Assembly (NCBI GenBank): GCA_003252375.1
Contig: QKEJ01000111.1
Coordinates: 594 to 64,593, forward strand
Reading direction: 5' to 3'
From: Halodesulfovibrio sp.
GTDB taxonomy: Bacteria; Desulfobacterota; Desulfovibrionia; Desulfovibrionales; Desulfovibrionaceae
Length of the DNA: 64,000 nucleotides
In this document: positions 1 to 12,133 of the stretch, in pieces
How positions within the stretch are numbered: the stretch's first letter is position 1
Layout of the letters: each line of letters starts with the position of its first letter
Position numbers and translations under genes: made by a program
The notes under the pieces: model-generated
Database searches by the model: none
Seen by the model: the letters and a program-made list of their open reading frames with translations, nothing else
Told to the model about the DNA's origin: nothing

Positions 1-223
1 TGGAAAAAGGTTTTTGTCAATGGGTAGCGCCAATAAAATGCCCCGCATGAATCCGGGGCCTGCGCCGCTTCCATCGCCAACATCACCTTGTAAGTGTAGG
101 CTAACATGCCACAACGGTTACAAAAATTCAAGCACTCAAAAACTATTGTTTGTTATTGTATTCCAGATTGTTACGGGTGTTCGGGCAATCAGTCGGGCCG
201 GGTGCGCTTGGAAAGGGCGGGGT

Positions 224-251
224 AAAAAAGAGAGGGGAGCCGAGGCTCCCC
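224..251 (-). terminator. Rho-independent terminator after CBS-ACT gene
   Basis: GGGGAGCC/GGCTCCCC stem with an A6 tract (U tract on minus) a few nt away, just downstream of the stop at 287. Confidence 0.6.
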
Positions 252-286
252 AATATTGTGTACAGGCCGTGGCGGCCCTGAACGGG

Positions 287-967
287 CTAGCTGAGCGGGT
301 GGACGTTGTCGCGGGCCCAGAAGAGCATCTTGAACTTGGATTTCAGGTCGTCAATGATCTTGTTTTCGACGGCTCGATCCATGGGCATGATGCGGATGTT
401 CACCACTCGGCTCTTGTTAAGGTTCTCCGGGCCTTCCATGGAGGTCAGGATGGAGATGATCCGTGCATCGTAGTCGCGCAGGATGTCCACGATGGGCTTG
501 AGTGTACCGGGTGTGTTGGGCAGTTCAAAGGCAAACTGCACGCCGCCGAACCGGACGCCGGTAATGGTGATGAGCACCTCGAAAATGTCACTGTCGGTGA
601 TGATGCCCTGCAGAATGCCCTGGTCATCCACGACGGGCATGCCGCCGATCTTCTTGCCGATCATGGTGACGGCTGCGTCTTCCACCGTATCGAGCGGTTT
701 GGCGCAGAAGGGGTCCACGGTCATGATGTCCTTCACCTTGATCTCGGAGAGCAGGTAGTAGAGCTCATGCACGTCAAGGGTGGTCGCCTTGGAGGGGGAT
801 GCCTCCTTGATGTCGCGGTCGGAGATGATGCCGACAACGCGGTTCTTCTCATCCACAACGGGCAGCCTGCTGATATCGTGCTCCTTGAGCATCTTGGAGG
901 CCTTCATCATCGAGGTGTCGGGAGTAACGGTATGGACCGTCTTGGTCATCCAGTCGCGTATCAGCAT
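287..967 (-). CDS. CBS-pair + ACT domain protein (AcuB-like)
   Basis: MLIRDWMT start with AAGGAGG RBS; two CBS repeats (RLPVVD..VVGIISDRD, GMPVVD..LQGIITDSD); C-terminal ACT-like segment (PNTPGTLKPIVD). Confidence 0.85.
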   Translation of the reverse strand: MLIRDWMTKTVHTVTPDTSMMKASKMLKEHDISRLPVVDEKNRVVGIISDRDIKEASPSKATTLDVHELYYLLSEIKVKDIMTVDPFCAKPLDTVEDAAVTMIGKKIGGMPVVDDQGILQGIITDSDIFEVLITITGVRFGGVQFAFELPNTPGTLKPIVDILRDYDARIISILTSMEGPENLNKSRVVNIRIMPMDRAVENKIIDDLKSKFKMLFWARDNVHPLS

Positions 968-1225
968 ATGGTCCTCCTTGGGGCTGCAAAAGCAGGAAAA
1001 GGCGTGGGCCTTTGGTTTTAATGGTATGGCCTTATTGTAATCACTTTTCTGCGCGATGAACAAGAAAAAATAGTCACCTAAGCAGGTTATGTCGATTTTT
1101 GTTTGTCTTTCCGCTGGGCGCAACAGGAGTGCTTGGACATCGGTGATGGGGATGTACCATTCGGTTGCGCCATGGTGCACAATGCTGCGGGCGTATGCCC
1201 CAATGGGGAAAATGGATGGAAAGGG

Positions 1226-2140
1226 TTACACGATGCCCACGCTGCGCCATACGGCGTCAAAGGCCTCCCGGTCGCTTGCCGCAAGGGAGGGAGATTCGTG
1301 CGTGACCACCACCAGTTTGTTTTCGTCTTCCACTATCCATGCCGTGCCGAGCATGTCGGTGTGTCTGCCGCCTGAGCGAAAGAGGGAAAGACGTTGCAGA
1401 AGGGATGGCTTGGGCTCGCTATGCCAGAGATACCGCTTGTACGCTCCGTCCGGCAGGGCTTCCTTGTCCTTGTGGATGTTTGGCAGTGGCACGCCGAGGG
1501 TGTCCTGAATCCATGCCCGGAAGGGCTGGCCATTCAGCACCACGTTGGCCGGAGTCGCGCGCACGATGGTCAGCACGGAGCGGCCGTGGGCAAAGATCAG
1601 TTCGGTGTGGCCGGGTCTGAATTCGGCCTTCCGGAGGGTATAGCCGAAGGGCAGGGTGAAACGGATGTCGGCGATGGCGAACGGTGTAGGCCCCTTGGAG
1701 GAAACCATGTCCATGCTGGCGAGAACGCTCGTCAGGGCCTGCCTGTCTTCGTCGTTGGCGGCGTAGCAGTGCAGGAGCAGGGTGGTGTTGGATGGCCTGT
1801 GCAGGCAGAGGGCGCCGCTGCCAAGGGCGTGCGTGAAAGGCAGCAGCTCGAATGTGTCGGAAAGGGAATGCAGCGCCTCTTTCCAGAATTCCGGAACGGC
1901 GCTTTGAGCGAAGGTGAATCCCTCGGCCCGCTGCATCTGCTTTTCAAGGGCTTTGCGCTTTCTGGGGATGGATGCCGAACCCGATTCCGGGGTCCACTTG
2001 CATTCCAGGATTGCGCGGTCATTCTTGGTGAAGAAGAGGTATCGTGTATCTATGGTAGCCGGTATCCAGTCCTTGGGCACGGTCAGGAGTAATCCGTTCC
2101 ATGCCACCGGACTGCCGGGTATGTCCGATGCAGCGTCCAT
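1226..2140 (-). CDS. hypothetical protein (about 304 aa, possibly internally duplicated)
   Basis: Long ORF filling the gap; ATG at 2140 preceded by CAGGAA; no recognisable motif. Confidence 0.65.
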   Translation of the reverse strand: MDAASDIPGSPVAWNGLLLTVPKDWIPATIDTRYLFFTKNDRAILECKWTPESGSASIPRKRKALEKQMQRAEGFTFAQSAVPEFWKEALHSLSDTFELLPFTHALGSGALCLHRPSNTTLLLHCYAANDEDRQALTSVLASMDMVSSKGPTPFAIADIRFTLPFGYTLRKAEFRPGHTELIFAHGRSVLTIVRATPANVVLNGQPFRAWIQDTLGVPLPNIHKDKEALPDGAYKRYLWHSEPKPSLLQRLSLFRSGGRHTDMLGTAWIVEDENKLVVVTHESPSLAASDREAFDAVWRSVGIV

Positions 2141-2638
2141 GTGCCGTTCCTGTTGAAGGTTATGAAGACGGAATGCCGTGTGCTCATGGCGGCGTTCCGC
2201 GGATGTCATGCTCCAGAAAAACACTCTTGCGTGGTTTTGCCGCTCAGTCAAGATGTCGTTAACGGTAACACGAATTTTCGGGGCCCTGCGTCTCTGTCGG
2301 GTAACAATTGGGTTGCAGCCGTGTCGCAATGCTGTGCGGCCTCCCGAACGGCAGCAAGCGGCGTGGAGAGCCGGTGTTTCTGTTCGTTCCCGGGCCTGAG
2401 GCACGGGGCATGAAAGGGCGGTTGTTCCCGGCCCGGAGAAGGACGGGGGATTAGACTTCCGTGCCCAAATAGTCTACACAGAACTGTTCATCGCATGCAC
2501 CTTGCTCTGGCGTGGAGACGGCTGTCCGAATATCGCAGGCAGACATCCGGGACGGGGAAAGGGAGGGCTGCGGCGAATCCACCCCAAACGAATTTTACAG
2601 GAGGCATGACGCCCGCAGGGGCGCCATCCGGAACACAT

Positions 2639-4444
<1,806 letters not shown>

Positions 4445-4513
4445 CGCCAGCCTCCGGGCCCTTTGTGTTATCGACTACTACCCGCCCAACACGCGGCCAG
4501 CATAGGAAACATC

Positions 4514-5176
4514 ATGTCCGAATTGAACCAGAAGAGCGGTTTTGCCGAGTACTTTGAAGCCCTGCTGGTGGCTATCATCCTCGCTTTTTTCATCCGTTCC
4601 TTCATTGTGCAGGCCTTTACCATTCCCTCAGGTTCCATGTTGCAGACCCTGCAGATCGGTGATTATCTTCTGGTGAACAAGTTCACCTACGGCGTCCGGC
4701 TGCCTCTCTGGATCAAGGAGGTCAATCCGGACGGCGACTCTTGGCTGTCCCGTCATTCCCTGGTGCTCGGGCCCGAGCTCATCCACATGAATGACCCGCA
4801 GCGCGGCGATATTATTGTGTTCGAGTATCCCAAGGACCCGTCCATCCATTACATAAAGCGTGTCATCGGCGTGCCCGGCGACACTGTTGAAGTGCGCGAC
4901 AAGGTGGTCTACCTGAACGGTGTGGCGCAGGAGGAACCGTACGTGCAGCACGTGCGCTCCTTCCCGGGCCCGGGGGACGACTTCGGCCCTGTGACTGTGC
5001 CTGATGGCAAGTACTTCTGCATGGGCGACAACCGCGACGAATCGTATGACTCCCGGTTCTGGGGGTATGTGGATCGCTCGGCTGTCGTGGGCAAGGCCTT
5101 TGTCCTCTACTGGTCCATGGACGGTATCAGCTCCATCCGGTGGAACCGCATCGGCAAGGCTGTGCATAGCCTGTAG
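4514..5176 (+). CDS. lepB: signal peptidase I
   Basis: N-terminal TM, PSGSM catalytic Ser, YIKRVIG catalytic Lys, GDNRDESYDSRFWG; directly follows lepA. Confidence 0.95.
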   Translation: MSELNQKSGFAEYFEALLVAIILAFFIRSFIVQAFTIPSGSMLQTLQIGDYLLVNKFTYGVRLPLWIKEVNPDGDSWLSRHSLVLGPELIHMNDPQRGDIIVFEYPKDPSIHYIKRVIGVPGDTVEVRDKVVYLNGVAQEEPYVQHVRSFPGPGDDFGPVTVPDGKYFCMGDNRDESYDSRFWGYVDRSAVVGKAFVLYWSMDGISSIRWNRIGKAVHSL

Positions 5177-5197
5177 CCGGTGCTCCAAGATTATCGT

Positions 5198-5229
5198 GCC
5201 CCCTGCCGCGTTGCGGCAGGGGGCTTTTT
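5198..5229 (+). terminator. Rho-independent terminator of lepA-lepB
   Basis: GCCCCCTGCCGC-GTT-GCGGCAGGGGGC followed by T5. Confidence 0.85.
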
Positions 5230-5330
5230 GTTTGCACGGCGCAACGGGCGTGACCCACGGGAGTGGGGGGGGCCTTCAATACTCGTTGCGCTGCCGGCCC
5301 CCCCAGGAACAGGCTGGTGCAGAGGACGAC

Positions 5331-5366
5331 AAAAAAGGCCCCGTCCGGCAATGCCGGACGGGGCCT
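5331..5366 (-). terminator. Rho-independent terminator of hemerythrin chemoreceptor gene
   Basis: AGGCCCCGTCCGGCA/TGCCGGACGGGGCCT perfect stem preceded by an A tract on plus. Confidence 0.85.
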
Positions 5367-5388
5367 GAATGTCTGCAGTCTTCGATGG

Positions 5389-7527
5389 CTAGCGCACGCC
5401 GCGCTCGCGCAGGAAGCCGGAGTAGCGGCGGTCCGTGCCATTGATGTGCTTCATGAGCCAGTCCTTGAGGAAGCGCATTACATCCATGGTCACGGCAACC
5501 TTGTCGGCCTTGAGGCCGTTTTCGAAGTCGAGCACCGTGGCGACGAACTTCTCGTGCTGGGCGATGTGCTCCTTGGTTTCCGGATAGCCGTGCTTGGCGA
5601 AGAGCTTTTCCTCGAACTTGAAGTGGGTCACGGTGTAGTTCTTCAGCTCGTCCACGATGCTGACCAGGTGCTTCTTGCTGCGGCGTTCCTTCATGGCCCG
5701 GTGCAGGTCGTTGATAAGCTGCACGAGCCGCTTGTGCTGATCGTCGATGGACTTGATGTTCAGCGAGAGGTCGTCGGTCCAGGTGAAGAGGTCGCCGTTG
5801 CCGTTGGTGTTCACACCGGTGGCCTTGCCGTTGGCAAGGGACTGGATGACGGTGTCGAGTTCCTCGACAAGGCTGGATATCTCCATCAGTGCGTGGGCGG
5901 AGACAGCCATGCCCTGGGCCGTTTCGGACGCAACGCGGGTCACTTCGGAAACGGCACGGTTGATCTGCTCCGAGGCGGCTGACTGCTCTTCCGAGGCCGT
6001 GGCAATGGACGAAACCTGCATGGCCGTCTCGTCCACGATCTGCACGATCTCCTGCATGAAGCGCCCGGACTCGTTGGCAGCCTCCGTGGAAACCACGATG
6101 TCCTTGGCCGCCAGCTCCACGGCCTGCACGTTTTCGCGGGCATGGGCCTGGATGAGCTTGACGGCATCTCCCACTTCCTGTGTGGCGTGCATGGTCTTCT
6201 CGGCCAGCTTGCGCACCTCGTCCGCCACGACGGCGAATCCGCGCCCGGCGTCACCGGCGCGGGCGGCCTCGATGGCCGCGTTCAGGGCCAGCAGGTTGGT
6301 CTGGTCCGCAATATCCGAGATGGTGGTCATGATCTGGCTGATGGAGTCGGCCTGCTGGCCGAGCTGTCCCATGGTTTCCTTGAGGGACATGATGCGGTGC
6401 TGGATATTTTCGATGGAAGTCACGGCGCGGTGGACACCCTCGGCACCGGTTTGCGCGTTTTCCTTGGAATGGGCGGCGGAATGGGCGGCGCTGGAGGCGT
6501 TCTGGGCAACCTCGTGCACGGTGCCGGTCATCTGCTCCATGGCCGTGGCGGTTTCGGTCATGCGGTCTCGTTGGACATCAACACCGTGGTTGACCACCTC
6601 GATCTGGCGCGACAGTTCTTCCACGGAAGCGAAGACCTGCTGGGAAACCCCCTGTGCACGACCGGCAACGCTGGTCATGGTTTCAAAAAGGCGTTCCGTC
6701 TTGGTGCGTTCGGCCTGGGCTTCTTCAAGAGCCTTGCGGGTTTCTTCCGCCTGGCGCGCGGCGTCCTTGGTTGCGGCGTCCGCTTCGGCCATGCGCTTGC
6801 GCATGGCCTCCACCATACTGCCGATATCGTCACGCAGGATGCGCAGTTCTCCGGAAAAATCACCCTGCGGCGTGGCGTCAAGAGCGCCTGCCGCCACACG
6901 GTCGGCGTAGGTGCGCAACTGCTCCATGGGGCGGAGCAGGTTGCGCTGCAGGGCGTACACGGCCAGCCCGAGAGCCAGAAGCCCGAAGAGCACGCAGCCC
7001 CCCTGCATGGCGAGCAGCCAGGCAACGCGGGATTCCGTCAGCAGCTGCATCAGATCCCCTGTCTTGCTCATGGTATTGGTAAGGGCGTCGCAGGCGTCAG
7101 AGAGACCCGTCGGGGCCGCACCGTCGTCCAGCACCTGGATTGCAAGGGCCTTGTACGCCTTCCAGGCTGTGGCGATACGGGAAAGATGCGCCACGGCTTC
7201 GGCGGGAGGGGCAGGAATCTCAACCATCTCCGAGGAGCGCTCCATGGAGAGCGGAGCCTTGCCGCCGACGGAGAGGGCGGTAAGCGTTGTATCAAAGACG
7301 CGCACGGCATTCTGCACTTCTGTCTTGTATGTGCTGTCGTGCGTGGCCGCAAAGGCGTGGGCGTCGCGGGCGATTTTTTGTGCCAGCATGCGCTGGCGTT
7401 CCGAAAGCTTGATGACCTGTGCATCGTCCTTCTGGGAACTGGTCACAATCCATGTGCCAGCCAGCATGATGGCTGACACGATAAAAAGGCTCGCAAGGGA
7501 GCCAAGTATACGAGTGCGAATGGTCAT
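5389..7527 (-). CDS. methyl-accepting chemotaxis protein: PilJ/NarX-like periplasmic sensor, HAMP, MCP signalling domain, C-terminal bacteriohemerythrin
   Basis: Two TM segments; [18 protein letters not shown]; [17 protein letters not shown]; hemerythrin ligands [27 protein letters not shown]. Confidence 0.92.
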   Translation of the reverse strand: MTIRTRILGSLASLFIVSAIMLAGTWIVTSSQKDDAQVIKLSERQRMLAQKIARDAHAFAATHDSTYKTEVQNAVRVFDTTLTALSVGGKAPLSMERSSEMVEIPAPPAEAVAHLSRIATAWKAYKALAIQVLDDGAAPTGLSDACDALTNTMSKTGDLMQLLTESRVAWLLAMQGGCVLFGLLALGLAVYALQRNLLRPMEQLRTYADRVAAGALDATPQGDFSGELRILRDDIGSMVEAMRKRMAEADAATKDAARQAEETRKALEEAQAERTKTERLFETMTSVAGRAQGVSQQVFASVEELSRQIEVVNHGVDVQRDRMTETATAMEQMTGTVHEVAQNASSAAHSAAHSKENAQTGAEGVHRAVTSIENIQHRIMSLKETMGQLGQQADSISQIMTTISDIADQTNLLALNAAIEAARAGDAGRGFAVVADEVRKLAEKTMHATQEVGDAVKLIQAHARENVQAVELAAKDIVVSTEAANESGRFMQEIVQIVDETAMQVSSIATASEEQSAASEQINRAVSEVTRVASETAQGMAVSAHALMEISSLVEELDTVIQSLANGKATGVNTNGNGDLFTWTDDLSLNIKSIDDQHKRLVQLINDLHRAMKERRSKKHLVSIVDELKNYTVTHFKFEEKLFAKHGYPETKEHIAQHEKFVATVLDFENGLKADKVAVTMDVMRFLKDWLMKHINGTDRRYSGFLRERGVR

Positions 7528-7669
7528 TGTTACCCCCGGTTGAGTGAACACCCTGATAATGCGGGGTGCTTCGGCAAAAAATATAGTGAGAAGGAATCTC
7601 AATAGCAATACAAATTTGGTTAATAATTCACCATAACCATATAGCCCTGCGGAAGGGTTGAGAGAATTA

Positions 7670-7693
7670 ATCGCGTGAAGTTGAGCACGCGAT
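7670..7693. promoter_or_regulatory. palindromic operator candidate between chemoreceptor and comM
   Basis: ATCGCGTG-N8-CACGCGAT perfect inverted repeat; core CGTGA-N6-GCACG. Confidence 0.4.
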
Positions 7694-7869
7694 CACTCAC
7701 ATCTTTTTTATGATGGCTCGCTGATACACAGCGGGGAAGCCATTGTCTTGCATGGTACTTCAGCTGCCGTGTTCGTCCGGAGGCAGGGAGACGTTTACAG
7801 GTCTGTCGATATCAGGGTACACGGGTGAATATATGTTGCTGTAATCACCAGCTGTTTCCGGGAGCTGCC

Positions 7870-9402
7870 ATGATAGCCAGAGTCGCCTGTGCCGCCCTGC
7901 TGGGCATTGATGCATTCCGTGTGGATTTGGAAGTGGACCTTGCACGGCAGGGAATGCCGGCGTTCACCCTTGTGGGCCTTGCAGAGGGGGCCGTGCGGGA
8001 AGCGAAGGAACGGGTCTTTGCCGCACTCAAGAATGGCGGCTACCGACTGCCCCCTTCGCGCATCACCGTCAACCTTGCGCCTGCGGACAGGCGCAAGGCA
8101 GGGAGCGGTTATGATCTCCCCCTTGCGCTGGCCCTGCTCGGCGCGGCCGAGGTGGTGCCCTGTGAACGGCTCGAAGGCTGGTACATGGTGGGAGAGCTTT
8201 CCCTGACTGGTGAGCTCAAGCCTGTGCCCGGCATTCTGCCAATGGCCATCCGTGCCCGGGACGAAGGTGCCAAGGGTTTTCTCGTGCCTGCTGCCAATGC
8301 TGCGGAGGCGGCTGTTGTCGAGGGGCTGGCTGTCTATGCAGTCCGGTCGCTGGGGGAGGCTGTGGGCTTTGTGACTGGCGAATGCGCACTTTCTCCGGTC
8401 AGCCCGGACCCGCTGGGGGAGGGGAGCGCAAGCGAGTGGATGTGCGATTTTGCCGAGGTGAAGGGGCAGGAGCACGCCAAGCGGGCCATTGAGATTGCCG
8501 CGGCGGGCGGGCACAATCTGTTGTTCCTCGGCCCGCCCGGAAGCGGCAAGACCATGCTGGCGCAGCGTATCCCCACCGTGCTGCCCGCCCTGACCTTTGA
8601 AGAGGCGCTGGAAGTGACCAAGGTATACTCCGTTGCGGATCTGCTTGCTCCGGAGCAGGCCCTGGTGCGCACACGCCCCTTCCGCTCCCCGCATCATACC
8701 ATCTCCGACGTGGGGCTGGTGGGAGGCGGAGCCTATCCGCGTCCGGGGGAGGTCTCGCTGGCGCACCGCGGCGTTCTTTTTCTCGACGAGCTGCCGGAGT
8801 TCAAGAAACCTGCACTGGAAGTCATGCGTCAGCCTCTGGAGTCGGGCAGCGTGACCATATCGCGGGCCGCCATTGCCCTGACCTATCCGGCGGATTTCAT
8901 GCTTGTGGCGGCCATGAATCCCTGCCCCTGCGGCTACCAGACGGACGAGCGGCATGTCTGCGTGTGCAGCGACTTCCAGATACAGCGGTACCGCTCACGT
9001 CTTTCGGGCCCGTTGCTTGATCGCATTGACCTGCACGTGGAGGTGCCTGCCGTTCCGTATGAGGACCTGCGCAGCGAGGCGCCGGGCGTGACCTCGGCCC
9101 AGATGCGGGAACGCATCGAGGCGGCCCGTTCCGTGCAGTCCGCCCGCTATGCCGGCTCCCCCTGCATTACCAATGCGGATCTTACGGGGCGTTGGCTGGA
9201 GGACTTTTGCCGTCTCGGACAGGCCGAGCATGCCTTTCTCGGCAAGGCCGTAAATACATTGGCCCTCTCCGCCCGTGCCTATACACGCATTCTGCGTATT
9301 GCCCGCACCATTGCCGACCTTGCCGGTGAGCAGACGATCGCCGTGCCGCACATTGCCGAGGCCATCAACTGCCGGACACTGGACCGGCAGAGTGCTGTCT
9401 GA
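7870..9402 (+). CDS. comM: YifB/ComM family Mg-chelatase-like AAA+ ATPase
   Basis: GLAEGAVREAKERV, NLAPAD, Walker A GPPGSGKT, FRSPHH, LFLDELPEF, MNPCPCG, SGPLLDRID. Confidence 0.92.
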   Translation: MIARVACAALLGIDAFRVDLEVDLARQGMPAFTLVGLAEGAVREAKERVFAALKNGGYRLPPSRITVNLAPADRRKAGSGYDLPLALALLGAAEVVPCERLEGWYMVGELSLTGELKPVPGILPMAIRARDEGAKGFLVPAANAAEAAVVEGLAVYAVRSLGEAVGFVTGECALSPVSPDPLGEGSASEWMCDFAEVKGQEHAKRAIEIAAAGGHNLLFLGPPGSGKTMLAQRIPTVLPALTFEEALEVTKVYSVADLLAPEQALVRTRPFRSPHHTISDVGLVGGGAYPRPGEVSLAHRGVLFLDELPEFKKPALEVMRQPLESGSVTISRAAIALTYPADFMLVAAMNPCPCGYQTDERHVCVCSDFQIQRYRSRLSGPLLDRIDLHVEVPAVPYEDLRSEAPGVTSAQMRERIEAARSVQSARYAGSPCITNADLTGRWLEDFCRLGQAEHAFLGKAVNTLALSARAYTRILRIARTIADLAGEQTIAVPHIAEAINCRTLDRQSAV

Positions 9403-9423
9403 GCAACACCCTTTTCCGCACGC

Positions 9424-9461
9424 AAAAGGGGCAACCGCATGGCGGCTGCCCCTTACTTTTT
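9424..9461. terminator. bidirectional terminator between comM and chemoreceptor
   Basis: AAAAGGGGCAACCGC...GCGGCTGCCCCTT followed by a T tract; lies between convergent genes. Confidence 0.7.
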
Positions 9462-9476
9462 CAATCGCCGGAGTGC

Positions 9477-11897
9477 TTAGCCCTTGGAGAGGGTGTCCAG
9501 CTCCGTGGCCAGCGTGGCAAGTTCCTGCACGGATTCGGAGGAGCCACCCATCCTGCGGGCCACATCCGAGGCCATGTCGGCCACTTCGTCAATGGCCTGG
9601 TTGATGTGGTCGCTGGTGGCGGACTGTTCCTCGGCGGCAGTGGCAATGTTGCGTACCTGATCGGAGGAGGCGGTCACCAGCTCCACGATGGACTGCAGGG
9701 CCCGGCCGGAGTTGGTGGCCAGTTCGCTGGCGCTGTCCACCAGTCCCCCGGTCTCGTTCACCATGCGGATGGAATCCTGCGCTCCGCGCTGGATGGAGCC
9801 GATGGCCCGTTCCACTTCGCTGGTGGCCTGCATGGTCTTTTCCGCAAGCTTGCGTACTTCATCGGCCACCACGGCGAAGCCTCGGCCGGCTTCCCCGGCG
9901 CGGGCGGCCTCGATGGCGGCATTGAGCGCCAGCAGGTTGGTCTGGTCGGCAATATCCGAGATAACCCCGAGCACCGCACCGATTTCCTGTGCCTGCTTGC
10001 CAAGCTGGTGCATGGAGGTCTTCATGGTTTCCGCCTGTTCGCTGACACGCAGAATGGCGGACACGGACTGTTCAACAATGCCCGCACCTTCCTGAGCCTG
10101 TTCGCGCGCAGCCTGCGACTGTTCGGCGGCTTCGGTGGCGCTTTGGGCTACCTGCTGCACGGTGACGTTCATCTGTTCCATGGCGGAGACGGTTTCATGC
10201 AGGCGGCTCTGCTGCTTGTCCAGCGCGTCCTGCACCCCTTCAAATTCACTGGTCAGGCTGACCGAGGTGGCGGAGAGGTGGGTAGCGGCTTCGCGTGTGG
10301 CCTCGTTCACCTTGCGGATGCGTTCGAGGCGTTCGTTCATTTCGCGCTCGGCGTGCACAAGGTCGGTCACCACGCGGGCCACCTCGACATATCCTACCTC
10401 ATGTCCCCGGGAGTCCTTGAGGAGGTTGGCCGAAGGCCGGATGAACACGCTTTTGCCATCCCGTCCCTTGAGCTCCATGGTCACACCCTCGGCTCTGCCG
10501 CCCAGTCTCTTCACCTTGTCGATGGGGCAGTCCGGGGTGCTGCAGGCGACCGTGCTGAACTGGTCATGGCAGCGGCACTTCTTGATGCTCTTCTCATCCA
10601 TGCCCAGGAAGTCCAGGGTAGCCTTGTTGGCCATCAGCACATTGAACTTGTCGTCCACAACGAAGATGGGGTCGGGAACGGTGTTCAGCACGTTCACGTA
10701 GCCTTCCATCTCGTCGAACATGGCGCTGAGTTTTGTGGTCAGGGTGTTGAAGGAGCGGGCCAGATCGCCGATTTCGTCCTTCTGTGCGCACTTGATGCTG
10801 TCCGAGAGGTCGGCCTTGTCTTCGGCAATGTCCTGAATGACGCCCTGGATGGTCGTCAGGGGACGGGTAACCAGACGGCTCAGGAAGATGAGCAGGATTA
10901 CGATGGGGGCAAGGGCCATGCCCAGCAGCATTGCCACCAGCGTGGTGTCGGCATGCTGCATGAGCGCGACAAGGGAGTCGGTGCGGACGGCACAGACCAG
11001 AACCCCGATCTGGTGTCCCCGGTAGTCCGGGATGGGGTAGGTGGCCAGCACCGTGGAGCCGTGGTCCTCGAAGACCTGGCCGGCACGTCCCTGCGTGAGC
11101 AGGTCGGTGGTTACAAGCTGCTCGACGCCCGTGTCCTTGGGCGTGGTGGTGCGTACGAATTCGCCCAGGCGGGGGAACTTCGTGTCGTCCTGCAGAGCGG
11201 TGGTAATGGTGAGCATGTCCGCGTTCATATACAGGATCATCTCGTTCTTCCCTTCCTCGGTAGCGGCCGAGAGAATGGGGTCGAAGTCGAAGAGCATCTC
11301 AACGGACCCGAGCTGCCGTCCGTCCGGAGTCTTGACGGGTACGAGGCCGCGCACGACGAAACCGCCGCGTCCCAGCTCAATGCCGCTTACGGGCTGGCCG
11401 GTACGATTCACGTCGAGCACGGTCTTGCGGAAGGAGGACAGGTCATCGGAAATATCCACCCACTTGCCGTCGCGCTTGGCCTGCTGCTTGCGCCACAGGC
11501 GGACAAGGCTGCGTCCGTTGGGAAGGTGGAAGTGCAGCTTCATGCTCGCGCCGGCAATGCCCTTGTAGCTGGACAGCATGGGGGCGAGGGCGGTGCGGAG
11601 TTCTTCGCGTGCGGCCTGCGATTCCGGTGAATGCTCATTGTCGATGTTGCCGGAGTGAGCCAGTTCGAATGCGTCGAGCACCGCGGGAATGCGGGCAAAC
11701 ACGGCGGCAAGATTGGTGGCGGCCTCGGCAGTCTTGTCGATGTCCGTGGAAATGCGTTTGAAGCGGTTGTCCACAAGGTCCGTAACATACCGCTGCTTCA
11801 TGTCGGAAAAGGAGGAATGGATGACAAGATAGCTGGTCAGGCCCAGTGCGAGAACGATGATGACCTGAGGGATGGATAGCTTCCAGATAAGTTTCAT
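9477..11897 (-). CDS. methyl-accepting chemotaxis protein: double-Cache-type sensor, HAMP, PAS, MCP signalling domain
   Basis: TM-periplasmic ([28 protein letters not shown])-TM; HAMP ([11 protein letters not shown]); PAS ([10 protein letters not shown]); [18 protein letters not shown]. Confidence 0.92.
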   Translation of the reverse strand: MKLIWKLSIPQVIIVLALGLTSYLVIHSSFSDMKQRYVTDLVDNRFKRISTDIDKTAEAATNLAAVFARIPAVLDAFELAHSGNIDNEHSPESQAAREELRTALAPMLSSYKGIAGASMKLHFHLPNGRSLVRLWRKQQAKRDGKWVDISDDLSSFRKTVLDVNRTGQPVSGIELGRGGFVVRGLVPVKTPDGRQLGSVEMLFDFDPILSAATEEGKNEMILYMNADMLTITTALQDDTKFPRLGEFVRTTTPKDTGVEQLVTTDLLTQGRAGQVFEDHGSTVLATYPIPDYRGHQIGVLVCAVRTDSLVALMQHADTTLVAMLLGMALAPIVILLIFLSRLVTRPLTTIQGVIQDIAEDKADLSDSIKCAQKDEIGDLARSFNTLTTKLSAMFDEMEGYVNVLNTVPDPIFVVDDKFNVLMANKATLDFLGMDEKSIKKCRCHDQFSTVACSTPDCPIDKVKRLGGRAEGVTMELKGRDGKSVFIRPSANLLKDSRGHEVGYVEVARVVTDLVHAEREMNERLERIRKVNEATREAATHLSATSVSLTSEFEGVQDALDKQQSRLHETVSAMEQMNVTVQQVAQSATEAAEQSQAAREQAQEGAGIVEQSVSAILRVSEQAETMKTSMHQLGKQAQEIGAVLGVISDIADQTNLLALNAAIEAARAGEAGRGFAVVADEVRKLAEKTMQATSEVERAIGSIQRGAQDSIRMVNETGGLVDSASELATNSGRALQSIVELVTASSDQVRNIATAAEEQSATSDHINQAIDEVADMASDVARRMGGSSESVQELATLATELDTLSKG

Positions 11898-12046
11898 GCA
11901 GAGCCCCTGAAAGGTAATGGTTGCAGCACTCTGTGTATCTGTCGGGTCAATCTGTTGCGGCAAGGCGCATGTGAAGAGGAGGGAAGAAATTGTTCGAGCG
12001 CTCAAACAGCGGATTTGCTGTTTAAAGTATCTAGGATGATATTACA

Positions 12047-12073
12047 CAGTCGGCAACAATCTTGTACCTATGA
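12047..12073 (-). promoter_or_regulatory. possible sigma28 (FliA)-type promoter
   Basis: Minus strand TCAT-N15-GCCGACTG against consensus TAAA-N15-GCCGATAA, upstream of a chemoreceptor; the -35 match is weak. Confidence 0.3.
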
Positions 12074-12133
12074 GAAATCAGGAACAGTATACGCGGGGAT
12101 AAAGGAGATATAGGCGGGGTTATCAGGGCTATT

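Noticed and set aside
7870-9402. comM as an integration hotspot for a mobile element
   Set aside because: The gene is intact end to end, with no integrase, att duplication or cargo beside it
6190-9960. Near-identical DNA between the two chemoreceptor genes (about 6190-6320 and 9830-9960) as a repeat element
   Set aside because: It encodes the universally conserved MCP hairpin tip
10560-10580. c-type heme motif in the chemoreceptor PAS
   Set aside because: The sequence is CRCH (CxCH), not CxxCH, and the domain is cytoplasmic
9606-11630. Very long antisense or alternate-frame ORFs (e.g. 9606-11630 +, 12136-14307 +, 31212-33200 -, 43531-45741 -, 55637-57877 +)
   Set aside because: They shadow well-supported genes on the other strand, show no motifs and are expected in high-GC coding DNA
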